Source of the DNA: Pseudomonadota bacterium
Lineage (GTDB): Bacteria; UBA10199; 2-02-FULL-44-16; JBDRGF01
DNA length: 14,416 bases
Direction of reading: 5' to 3'
NCBI GenBank assembly: GCA_043818055.1
Contig: JBDRGF010000129.1
Location: forward strand, 1 to 14,416
The notes below the pieces were generated by a model that was given only the letters and a program-made list of their open reading frames with translations, did no database searches and was not told the DNA's origin. The translations under genes and the position numbers were made by a program. Below are positions 6,422-14,416 of the stretch, in pieces; positions within the stretch are counted from its first letter, which is position 1, and each line of letters starts with the position of its first letter.

Positions 6422-7996
6422 TCACTTCGGGCCTGCGAGGATTATTTCTTTTGAGACTCCATCTTCGAATTTTTTGAAATTTTCTTTGAACAGTGTAGAG
6501 AGTTTTTTTGCTGTAACATCGTAGGCGGATTTGTCTGCCCAGGTGTTTTTTGGGACTAGCATTTCAGATGCGACACCTTCACAGCTCTCTGGTATCAAAA
6601 CATTAAAATTCGGATCGGTAGAGTATTCGACATTGTCAATCTTTCCACTCAAGGCTGCTGAGATGAGGGCCCTCGTTATTGCGATCTTCATCCTTTTTCC
6701 TACGCCAAATGCACCCTTACTCCAGCCGGTGTTCAGGAGCCATACATTCGTCTTGTGTTTTTGCATCTTCTCTCCCAGCAATTTTGCGTATATGCCGGGG
6801 TGTCTTGGCAGGAACGGTGCGCCAAAGCATGCGGAAAATGTGGCTGAAGGTTCAGTAATGCCGACCTCTGTGCCTGCTACTTTTGCGGTATATCCGGAGA
6901 TGAAATGATACATCGCCTGATTTGGATTGAGTTTCGATATCGGCGGCAGGACTCCAAAGGCATCGCATGTCAGAAAGAAGATGTTCTTCGGATGATCTCC
7001 CATGCCACTCACAACTGCGTTCGGGATGTGATCGAGCGGATAGGTCGCGCGCGTATTTGCCGTGATCTTGTCTGAATCATAATCGACACTTCCATCATCT
7101 TTCAAAATGACATTTTCGAGGATCGATCCTGATCTGATTGCGTCGAAAATCTGCGGTTCTGCCTCCTGTGAGAGATTAATAGCCTTCGCGTAGCATCCCC
7201 CCTCGAAGTTGAAGATGCCAAAATCCGTCCAGCCATGTTCGTCGTCGCCGATAAGCTTTCTCAGAGGATCGGCTGAGAGTGTTGTCTTGCCGGTTCCTGA
7301 AAGCCCGAAGAATAGTGCTGTATCAAGAGCCTCGCCGATATTTGCGGAACAGTGCATGGGAAATACATTTTTTGGAGGTAAGAGATAATTCATGACCGCG
7401 AAGATCCCTTTTTTCATCTCACCGCCATAGCTGGAACCTGTAACAAGTATGATCTTCTTTTTAAAGTTTACTGCAATGAATGCTTTGCTCTTCAAACCCA
7501 ATTCATCTTTATTCAAATCAAGGCCGAACGCATTGACGACGGTGAAACCAGCTTCGTGTCCGTCGAGCTCCTCTTTTTTTGGACGGACGAAGAGGGTAGT
7601 TGCGAAGAGGGAGTGCCATGCTTTTGTTGTGACTACTCTGATAGGCAGTCGATATCGCTCATCATTTCCGGCAAAGCCGTCGAATACAAAGATGTCGTTC
7701 GATGAGATAAATTCAGTAGCCAACTGATAAATTTTATCAAAGAGCTCTTCGCTCACAGGCCTGTTGACTAAATTCCAGTCGACATTCTTCTTTGTTTCCT
7801 CATCTTCTACAATAAAACGATCGAACGGGCTTCTGCCTGTTCTTTCGCCTGTGCGGACTACAAGCGCGCCATTACCCGCTAATGTACCCTCATCCTTTTT
7901 CAGGGCTATGTCGATTAGCTCTTTAACGGAGAGGTTTTGAAAGAGTTGTTTTTTTGGAACGATGTTGAGTGCATCTAAAATGTGGTGTTCATTCAT
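6422..7996 (-). CDS. pckA: Phosphoenolpyruvate carboxykinase (ATP)
   Basis: RTGRSPFDRFIV, YGGEMKKGIF, PMHCSAN, kinase-1a FFGLSGTGKTTLSAD, LIGDDEHGW, FNFEGGCYAK, NTRATYP, FLTCDAFGVLPP, FSACFGAPF. Start placed at ATG 7996 (MNEHH..., 524 aa) so it does not overlap the upstream GT4. Confidence 0.97.
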   Translation of the reverse strand: MNEHHILDALNIVPKKQLFQNLSVKELIDIALKKDEGTLAGNGALVVRTGERTGRSPFDRFIVEDEETKKNVDWNLVNRPVSEELFDKIYQLATEFISSNDIFVFDGFAGNDERYRLPIRVVTTKAWHSLFATTLFVRPKKEELDGHEAGFTVVNAFGLDLNKDELGLKSKAFIAVNFKKKIILVTGSSYGGEMKKGIFAVMNYLLPPKNVFPMHCSANIGEALDTALFFGLSGTGKTTLSADPLRKLIGDDEHGWTDFGIFNFEGGCYAKAINLSQEAEPQIFDAIRSGSILENVILKDDGSVDYDSDKITANTRATYPLDHIPNAVVSGMGDHPKNIFFLTCDAFGVLPPISKLNPNQAMYHFISGYTAKVAGTEVGITEPSATFSACFGAPFLPRHPGIYAKLLGEKMQKHKTNVWLLNTGWSKGAFGVGKRMKIAITRALISAALSGKIDNVEYSTDPNFNVLIPESCEGVASEMLVPKNTWADKSAYDVTAKKLSTLFKENFKKFEDGVSKEIILAGPK

Positions 7997-8009
7997 ATGT
8001 TGGGATGAC

Positions 8010-9188
8010 CTACAACAATTTTTTATATATCTCAAGCGTATTATCGGTGATGTGATTTTCGGTGTATTTTTCCTGAACCATCTTAAATCCGGTCTCTCCG
8101 AATTTGTCGATCATATCAGGATGGCTGAACAGGGTCATTATGCGATCTGCGAGGGCGTTAAAATCCTTCACAGGGACGACAAAGCCGTTCACGTTGTTCT
8201 GTATTATCTCAGGCATGCCGCCGGTGTTAGTGACGATCATCGGTTTTTTGCACGCCATGGCCTCTAGCATCGTCATGCCGAATGGCTCCTGCGCTGTTGA
8301 AGGGTAGACCGCGACGTCGCAGGCGTTGTAAAGGGCTGGCATCTCGTCGAGTGCGTACGAATCTATTATCACATCCTTGTGCAATCCGAAATGATTGACC
8401 AGATCGACGAAGTAGGCGATGTCTGAGGCTTGGGTGTTCCCCCAGTCGATGATGTTCTTTGAGCCGGCCATCATGAGGACGGTGTTAGGGAATTCTTTCT
8501 TAATTATCCAGAGTGCCTTGATGCTTAAATCGCATCCCTTTCCGAGGCCAAGTCGGGCAGGGTGAAAGATCACTCTTTTTCGTTTGAGCTTCGGATATTT
8601 TTTATAAACGTGAGTCAGATCGAGCCCCGGTTTGAACTTCTTCGTATCGATGCCGTGATGCAGAGTCGTTATCTTCTCAGCTGGCCAGCCGATGCCGATT
8701 ATCTCGCGGCGTATGTAGTTGCTCACCGCGATTATATGATCCCATTTGATGTCTCTAGTGAGCTCAAGGTATAAGACATCATCCCAGACATTGTGAGCTG
8801 TGAGAACGAGAGGGATGCCTTTTTTAATCGATATATCTTCGAGGATTCTCGCATGTGTCTTGATAAAATAGTGCATGTTGTGCGCGTGCAGGACATCCGG
8901 TTTCGTGTCATCGATATAGCCATGGATCAGTTTTTTAACCTCTTTTTCAATTCCTCCGATGCCACGTTTTTGCAGCCAGTTGAGATCCATGAGGATGTTG
9001 CGATAGACCTCAACCCCCTTGAATTTAGAGTATTCTGGACAACCCTCATTCGTGTTCGTGAGCAGTGATACTTTATGGCCGCGCTTTACCATCGTTGGGA
9101 GCAGAAGGGCCAGATGTGTTTCAACTCCTCCTATTGTAGGAGGAAATCCCCAGTGAATTTGGGCGATCGAAAGTTTTTTCTGTGCCAT
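8010..9188 (-). CDS. Glycosyltransferase family 4 (GT-B, retaining)
   Basis: 392 aa with PPTIGGVETHL, DVLHAHN, LTAHN, IIAVSNY, HHGID, ARLGLGKG, PSTAQEPFGMTMLEAMA, TNTGGMPEII. RBS AAGGAGGAG (9194-9202, minus strand). Confidence 0.92.
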   Translation of the reverse strand: MAQKKLSIAQIHWGFPPTIGGVETHLALLLPTMVKRGHKVSLLTNTNEGCPEYSKFKGVEVYRNILMDLNWLQKRGIGGIEKEVKKLIHGYIDDTKPDVLHAHNMHYFIKTHARILEDISIKKGIPLVLTAHNVWDDVLYLELTRDIKWDHIIAVSNYIRREIIGIGWPAEKITTLHHGIDTKKFKPGLDLTHVYKKYPKLKRKRVIFHPARLGLGKGCDLSIKALWIIKKEFPNTVLMMAGSKNIIDWGNTQASDIAYFVDLVNHFGLHKDVIIDSYALDEMPALYNACDVAVYPSTAQEPFGMTMLEAMACKKPMIVTNTGGMPEIIQNNVNGFVVPVKDFNALADRIMTLFSHPDMIDKFGETGFKMVQEKYTENHITDNTLEIYKKLL

Positions 9189-9217
9189 ATGATCTCCTCC
9201 TTGAAATTGGCGATTAT

Positions 9218-9347
9218 GGGGTTGTTGAAAAACGCCTTGTAGGTGTCATCCTGAACAACGTGAAGGATCTTAAATGTCTGAAATAACAAGATTCTTCGCT
9301 TCGCTTAGAATGACTTTTTTTGGATTTTTCTATTTTTCAACACTCCC
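9218..9347. mobile_element. Second MITE-like element (130 bp) with 15-bp imperfect TIRs and nested palindrome
   Basis: GGGGTTGTTGAAAAA (9218-9232) / TTTTTCAACACTCCC (9333-9347), 13/15 match, with ATTAT on both flanks (9213-9217, 9348-9352). Inner GTCATCCTGAACAACGTGAAGGATCT (9245-9270) faces AGATTCTTCGCTTCGCTTAGAATGAC (9289-9314). Confidence 0.68.
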
Positions 9348-9380
9348 ATTATAGCAACCGCGAAACAAAAAGACTGACTT

Positions 9381-9443
9381 GTAGGGGCGGGTTTCAAACC
9401 CGCCCGGACTAACATTTTGGACAGGTTTAAAACCTGCCCCTAC
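9381..9443. repeat. GTAG-family REP doublet (REPIN)
   Basis: GTAG-GGGCGGGTTT-C-AAACCCGCCC (9381-9405) and inverted GGACAGGTTT-A-AAACCTGCCC-CTAC (9419-9443), 13-nt spacer. Confidence 0.85.
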
Positions 9444-9465
9444 AAAAATCCACACACGGTGTTAA

Positions 9466-9846
9466 TCAGTAATAATTTCCAAGCATCTGACTTACGATGT
9501 CATTGCGTGTGATTATACCTACCAGTTTGTTATTTTTCAGAACTGGCAGATGCCTGAATGGATGGGTTGAAAATATCAATGAGGCTTCATCGAGCGAAGC
9601 GCTCTCTTCAATTGTCGTCAGGTTTTTGGACATAACATGCTTTGCTGTTTTTTTGTAAAAATTTTGTTTTCCCGCCGCTGCGATTATATCGCGCTCTGAA
9701 ACAAAGCCGAGCAACTCCTTCTTTTTGTTGACGACAGGTGTGCCCGTGATCTTGTGTTTTGTTAAAAGCTGACAGATCTTTTTGACGCCGACTTCAGTAG
9801 TGACAGTGATAATGCTCCTGTTCATCATTTCCTTAACGAGTATCAT
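9466..9846 (-). CDS. Stand-alone CBS-pair (Bateman module) protein
   Basis: 126 aa with VKEMM, ITGTPVV...LLGFVSERDI, AKHVMS, FRHLPVL...LVGIITRNDI. ATGA overlap with the GH65 stop. Confidence 0.92.
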   Translation of the reverse strand: MILVKEMMNRSIITVTTEVGVKKICQLLTKHKITGTPVVNKKKELLGFVSERDIIAAAGKQNFYKKTAKHVMSKNLTTIEESASLDEASLIFSTHPFRHLPVLKNNKLVGIITRNDIVSQMLGNYY

Positions 9847-12158
9847 ATGATCCTCCTATGGTAGGGAAAAGAAACTTTTTTGCCGGGTGGTAAAGTGCTC
9901 GTCACGCCAGAGACCTCGGCTATCATTCGTTTAGTTTTGCCAATGCCAATCCTTTTAATCACCACCTCTTTTTTAGTTACTAGCACATTGAGAACAGCTC
10001 CCTGCCACCAGACTTTGAATTCCAGATTCTTCCATGTGGGTGGTAGAAGTGGGTTGAAAATAATTTTATCGTTATCGATCTCCATACCACCGAATCCCAT
10101 GACAAAAGCCTGCCATGCGCCTCCGCCTGAGGCGGCGTGAAAGCCTTCATTGGCATTGCCGTGGATGTCGAGGATGTCGCTCTGCAACGCCACGACCAGG
10201 TAATGAAGAGCTTTGTTCAGATATCCAAGCCTTGCCGCAACACAGGCGTGTACCGATGGAGAGAGTGATGATTTGTGTAGCGTTCTTTTTTCGTAGTAAT
10301 TATAATTGCGTTCGATCTCATCTGTGGTGAATTGACGGCTTAGCATGTACATCAGCATGACGACGTCGGCCTGTTTTATGAGCTTTGATTTTCCCTTTTC
10401 AACCGGGTGTGCGCTGGGTGGCACGATAGGCATGAAGTGTTGATCCAGCTGTGTGATCGGTATCTCCTTTCTTTTAAAATATCCATCGAAGCTCTCGAAT
10501 ATTTTCAGACGCTTATTATAAGGGAAATATATTTTTTCGGTAGCATCGCGCCATTTTTTGATCTCGCTCTCCTTGATGTTGATCTTTTTACATAGCGCTG
10601 TGAGTTTTGCGTTGTATTTTCTTCTCGCCCACCCATACCATCTGCCGGCAGCGAGTAAGTTCCATTTTGCGAGGCCATTAGTGAAGGTGTTGTTATTCAC
10701 CTCATCGTGAAACTCGTCGGGCCCCATCACATTGTGGATCTCATAGCGATCTGCCTTCTTATTATAAGTAAGACGGGAGAGCCAGAACCTCGCAGTTTCG
10801 AGGAGCATCTCCAACCCGTAGTTTATCATGAACTGCTCATCGCCGGTTGCAGTCACATACTGGTCGATCGCGTAGGCGATGTCGGCGACGAGATGATGTT
10901 CCCTGTCCAAAGTGGTGATCCTCAGGATCTCGCCGTTTAAATCCTTGAACCAGCTGGGCGTTGCTTCTTCGCCTGTATCAGCCGATTCCCAAGGGAAGAG
11001 GACACCTTTAAATCCCTTTGAAGCGGCGATCTTTCGTGCCTCATCGAGACGAAAATAGCGATACATGAGCATGCTTCTGGCGACAGGAGGATGCGTGAAG
11101 ACGTAAAATGGAAGGATGAAGGTCTCGGCATCCCAGAATATGTGTCCCTTATAGCCCTCTCCGCTCAACGTTCTGGCGCCTATGCTCACCCTGTCATCCT
11201 TGTTGCCGGCTATCAGCAGATGATAAAGGTTAAATTTTAAAGCTTTTCGCAACTCAATCGGTCCTTCAAATTTGATATTTGCTATATTCCACAACCTGTC
11301 CCAGCCCCCGGCATGTGCTACGAAGAGCCTTTGAACTCCCAGCTTTCTCGCTCTTTTAATTTCCGAGATAGCTTTTTTCTTCACATCTTTTGTCTTTATG
11401 TAGAAAGAAGGAACGATCGTGAAATATTTTGTAAAGATTACTGTCTGTCCTTTTGAAATCCTGATTTTAAAATTTTTATCAGCGACGATTTTTTTGCTTC
11501 CGTTTTTTGAAACTTCGAGAATGGTTGCATATCCAACTCTGTCCCTGTGTTCGAAGGTCTCAACCTCTGTGTAATTTATGCCGTTGATCTTTGATATAGC
11601 ATTGATCTCGTAATGTTTTTTTCTTCCCTCAGTAAAGACCCCTCTATTGTTGGTCGAGATGTCGATCATCGTCTGGATATTGAATGTCATTGCGGCGTCG
11701 AGCGGGGTGATTCCTATGACCATAACTCCGACATGTTTTTGATATTGGCTTATGAACCGGAACGATTGCCAGTCTATGCGTTTGTTGTGAGTTGTCTTGT
11801 ACAGTGTGTGTCGAACGAGAAGCCCGTGTTTCATATCGAGTGCCCTGCAATGTTCGAGAACATCCATCGCTGCAGGATCGAGTTTTTCGCCGTAAACGTC
11901 AGCCCTGAAAAATATCGGATTGGGAAAATTGACGAGTTCCGGAATCTGTGCCCCGGTTCGATCATAGAGACCGGCAATATATGTGCCGGCACTGGCGTCG
12001 TAGGGGATCTCTTCAAGTATGCCCCTCATACCGATCACGCCGTTGCCAATTGTAAAAAGCGCCTCATCGACTCCCTGCTTTGCGCTCTTCCACCCTTTTT
12101 TCTCTATTCTCCACTCCTCATTGGAAATGAAGTTGTCGAATATTTTTTTGATGGACAT
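9843..12158 (-). CDS. Glycoside hydrolase family 65 alpha-glucoside phosphorylase (kojibiose-phosphorylase-like)
   Basis: 771 aa with EALFTIGNG..GMRG, EGYKGHIFWDAETF, FPWESADTGEE, ADIAYA, ETARFW, catalytic GPDEFH, KQADV and phosphate-site HKSSLS. Confidence 0.93.
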   Translation of the reverse strand: MSIKKIFDNFISNEEWRIEKKGWKSAKQGVDEALFTIGNGVIGMRGILEEIPYDASAGTYIAGLYDRTGAQIPELVNFPNPIFFRADVYGEKLDPAAMDVLEHCRALDMKHGLLVRHTLYKTTHNKRIDWQSFRFISQYQKHVGVMVIGITPLDAAMTFNIQTMIDISTNNRGVFTEGRKKHYEINAISKINGINYTEVETFEHRDRVGYATILEVSKNGSKKIVADKNFKIRISKGQTVIFTKYFTIVPSFYIKTKDVKKKAISEIKRARKLGVQRLFVAHAGGWDRLWNIANIKFEGPIELRKALKFNLYHLLIAGNKDDRVSIGARTLSGEGYKGHIFWDAETFILPFYVFTHPPVARSMLMYRYFRLDEARKIAASKGFKGVLFPWESADTGEEATPSWFKDLNGEILRITTLDREHHLVADIAYAIDQYVTATGDEQFMINYGLEMLLETARFWLSRLTYNKKADRYEIHNVMGPDEFHDEVNNNTFTNGLAKWNLLAAGRWYGWARRKYNAKLTALCKKINIKESEIKKWRDATEKIYFPYNKRLKIFESFDGYFKRKEIPITQLDQHFMPIVPPSAHPVEKGKSKLIKQADVVMLMYMLSRQFTTDEIERNYNYYEKRTLHKSSLSPSVHACVAARLGYLNKALHYLVVALQSDILDIHGNANEGFHAASGGGAWQAFVMGFGGMEIDNDKIIFNPLLPPTWKNLEFKVWWQGAVLNVLVTKKEVVIKRIGIGKTKRMIAEVSGVTSTLPPGKKVSFPYHRRII

Positions 12159-12160
12159 TC

Positions 12161-12820
12161 TTATCTATCCCCTTCAACAAGTTTGATGATATCCTCTATC
12201 TGAATTTCACTGAGGTCTTTAACTACCACATTTGCCTTTTGTAGTCGCTTTGGATTATCGTATCGGTCGATAGCGACGCATTTCATGCCAGCGTTTATTG
12301 CCGCCTCTACACCCAAAATTGCATCTTCAACTACTATGGCCTCCTCCGGTTTAATTTTAAGTTTTTCTGCAGCCATGAGGAATATCTCAGGGTTTGGTTT
12401 CCCCTTTTTGATGTCGTGTCCACTCACTATGGCGTCAAGGTCACTGTAGAGATTTATTCTTTTGAGAATCGAAGGTGCGTTTTTTGAGGATGAGATTACC
12501 GCGACTTTTATTCCCTTTGTTTTTAGCTGATTTATCAGATCGATTGTGGATGAATAGACCGGAATTTCTTCTCCCTGTATCACATCCAGAAAATATCTCT
12601 GTTTTTTGTCGCTAGCCTCGACTAGCTCGTCGTCGGTTAGATTTGTGAGTATCGCCTTAGCTCCATCTGTCCGTGGGATTCCATCGACCTTCTGTTTGTA
12701 ATCTTCAAATGTGAAGTCAACGCCATAATCTGCAAACATCCTCTTCCATGCCGCAAAGTGAATAGGGACGGTATCTACGATCACACCATCCATATCGAAA
12801 ATGACACCTTTAAGTTTCAT
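12161..12820 (-). CDS. pgmB: Beta-phosphoglucomutase (HAD family)
   Basis: IFDMDGVIVDT, H..AWK, DGIPR, ISSSKNA, KGKPNPEIFL, VVEDAILGVEA. Adjacent to a GH65 gene, the canonical partner. Confidence 0.9.
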   Translation of the reverse strand: MKLKGVIFDMDGVIVDTVPIHFAAWKRMFADYGVDFTFEDYKQKVDGIPRTDGAKAILTNLTDDELVEASDKKQRYFLDVIQGEEIPVYSSTIDLINQLKTKGIKVAVISSSKNAPSILKRINLYSDLDAIVSGHDIKKGKPNPEIFLMAAEKLKIKPEEAIVVEDAILGVEAAINAGMKCVAIDRYDNPKRLQKANVVVKDLSEIQIEDIIKLVEGDR

Positions 12821-13862
12821 AGACCTTCTTATACACTAATTCATAATTTTTAGCCATAGTGGAAGTGGAAAAATTCTTTTCAGCGTAGATACGGCAATTT
12901 TTCCTGTCTATTTTATCTATTTTATGCAAGGCATCTACCATCTGATCGATATCCTTGGCCAAAAAGCCGACCAGACCATCCTTGATGAGCTCCGGGGCAG
13001 ATCCCATGGGACAGGTAATAACCGGAGTTCCGCATAAAAGCGATTCGATGAAAACCAAACCAAAAGGCTCAGGCCAGTTTATAGGCAAAACAGTGGCTAG
13101 AGCTTTTGAGAGAAGGTTATTTTTATCTTCTTCACCCAATTCTCCCAAATAATCGACGAATGATTCGTTAAGGAGCGGCTTGATGACGTTGTTGTAATAG
13201 TGAATTTCGAAATCGGGATCAGTTCCTTCGATCGGGATGTGAGAAGCGATCTTGATCTTGACGCCTGCGCGTCTCGCTACTTCAATTGCGGTGTGAGGGC
13301 CTTTTACGGGAGAGAATCTGCCGACGAAGACTATATAATCTTCAGGTGTTTCGCTGACAGGATAGTTTTGAACTGGTAGACCATGATGGACGACGTCGAT
13401 AACATTCGCAGATGGTATGAATGATTTTTGAGAATTGCTGATTGCGATGAGAGGCGCATCGGAAAAATATTTATAGAGATCCTGAAACTCCTTTAGATCA
13501 ACGCGCCAATGCAACGTTGTGATCATCGGTGTATTTATGAGGTGCAATGACTGATAATGGATGAAATTGAAATGGCTATGGATGATGTCGAATTCATGCT
13601 CGCGGATGTGCTTGTCGAGCATATCGAGCTCGATCGTGTGATAGACATTGGGAAAGTCAATTTTCTCCTCTTCATTCCAAAGCGCCTTTGGGCAAGCGGG
13701 TACAAGTTTTGCGCTTGTTTTGGAATCGCCGCTCGCGAAGAGCGTTACATCATGGCCTGCCTTGATCTGCTCCTCGATGAGCCAATAGAGTATGCGCTCT
13801 ATGCCGCCGTATTTCATTGGCGGAACGGATGTGAAGAGTGGTGCTACATGAGCAATTCGCAT
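12810..13862 (-). CDS. Glycosyltransferase family 4 (AviGT4-like)
   Basis: 350 aa with MRIAHVAP..SVPP.KYGGIER, GHDVTLFASGDS, IIHSH, VVHHGL, FVGRFSPVKG, PINWPEPFGLVFIESL.CGTPVI. RBS AGGAGG (13867-13872, minus strand). Confidence 0.92.
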   Translation of the reverse strand: MRIAHVAPLFTSVPPMKYGGIERILYWLIEEQIKAGHDVTLFASGDSKTSAKLVPACPKALWNEEEKIDFPNVYHTIELDMLDKHIREHEFDIIHSHFNFIHYQSLHLINTPMITTLHWRVDLKEFQDLYKYFSDAPLIAISNSQKSFIPSANVIDVVHHGLPVQNYPVSETPEDYIVFVGRFSPVKGPHTAIEVARRAGVKIKIASHIPIEGTDPDFEIHYYNNVIKPLLNESFVDYLGELGEEDKNNLLSKALATVLPINWPEPFGLVFIESLLCGTPVITCPMGSAPELIKDGLVGFLAKDIDQMVDALHKIDKIDRKNCRIYAEKNFSTSTMAKNYELVYKKVYET

Positions 13863-13881
13863 GGTGCCTCCTGAATTTGGG

Positions 13882-13910
13882 AAAATACTTTATAGAGGGA
13901 AGAGCGTCAA
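13882..13910 (-). promoter_or_regulatory. Putative sigma70 promoter of the sugar operon
   Basis: Minus strand TTGACG (13910-13905), 17 bp, TATTTT (13887-13882), just upstream of the AGGAGG RBS. Confidence 0.55.
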
Positions 13911-13923
13911 TGAAAGAAAAGAC

Positions 13924-14009
13924 GCATATGGCATATAGCATATAGTATATGGTTACAAACCCCGTAAAATGAGCTTTTAACCATATGCCATATACTATAT
14001 GCTATATAC
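13924..14009. repeat. Long imperfect hairpin of 7-nt tandem units (GCATATR)n
   Basis: gcatatg gcatata gcatata gtatatg gtt (13924-13954) matches the reverse complement of 13979-14009 at 26/31, with a 24-nt loop. Confidence 0.85.
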
Positions 14010-14017
14010 AGTTTTTG

Positions 14018-14416
14018 TTATTTCTGAAAGGAAATCACAGGAGTCAGCAGTTCATCATCCTTATCGGGGACTTCGAGTTCCATGTTTGCATTGAGGGGAG
14101 TGATGTCGGGATCCTTAAATCTCAACAGACCTTCTACGACAATCTTGGCCCCCTTTATAAAACGCAGGTTTTTAAATTCAAAAGGACCCAAAAAATCGAA
14201 TGATGCAGATGCTATGCTGTTTGTTGCATTCTCTGCAGGATAAATTTCAATTTCTACCCCCAGCACATCTTTTAGATCGCATGCTGCGCACATGCTCTGT
14301 CCTGCTATTTTGAAGACGACTGTCTCGGTTCCACTATCGTCGCCGAAGAGGAGTTCATGCATCGGATTGTTGTATTTCCTATCGCTGCCGTTGCAGGAGA
14401 TGAAAACGCAAAGAGA
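14018..14416 (-). CDS. Hypothetical protein, probable lipoprotein; N-terminus beyond window edge
   Basis: Frame stays open from 14416 (SLCVFISCNGSDRKYNNP) into the 114-aa ORF. A hydrophobic stretch ends in lipobox-like FISC, and there is an internal CAAC. Confidence 0.6.
   Translation of the reverse strand, partial: SLCVFISCNGSDRKYNNPMHELLFGDDSGTETVVFKIAGQSMCAACDLKDVLGVEIEIYPAENATNSIASASFDFLGPFEFKNLRFIKGAKIVVEGLLRFKDPDITPLNANMELEVPDKDDELLTPVISFQK

Noticed and set aside
6215..6454. 79-aa ORF as a transposase or toxin
   Set aside because: It is a translation of the palindromic element, has no recognisable motif and runs into pckA on the opposite strand.
7997..8035. Longer pckA start at 8035
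   Set aside because: It overlaps the GT4 3' end and adds a non-PckA-like peptide. ATG 7996 is more plausible, though its RBS is weak.
11613..12203. 196-aa + strand ORF and the other short antisense or alternative-frame ORFs
   Set aside because: They shadow well-supported genes and lack recognisable motifs.

Overview
Bacterial chromosomal window. The + strand carries the 3' part of an alanine/glycine:cation symporter overlapping an archaeal/eukaryotic-type RtcB RNA ligase, then a membrane-anchored HAMP class III adenylate cyclase. A half-size TauE/SafE gene (-) follows, then tRNA-Gly(CCC) and an AT-rich P-loop ATPase/wHTH/PD-(D/E)XK nuclease gene, whose promoter is overlaid by four perfect alternating 10-bp boxes. 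The right half is a minus-strand cluster: GT4, beta-PGM, GH65 phosphorylase (kojibiose-phosphorylase-like), CBS protein, a second GT4 and pckA, preceded by a truncated probable lipoprotein gene. Most large intergenic gaps hold palindromic elements of three designs: GTAG-type REP pairs, MITE-like elements with a nested GTCAT...ATGAC palindrome, and long hairpins built from 7- or 8-nt tandem units. No transposase or integrase is present. Best candidates for something undescribed: the four-box operator plus ATPase-nuclease at the tRNA, the periodic-repeat arms bracketing the cyclase, the nested MITEs, and the alpha-glucoside operon coupled to pckA. All family assignments come from motif recognition, not database searches.
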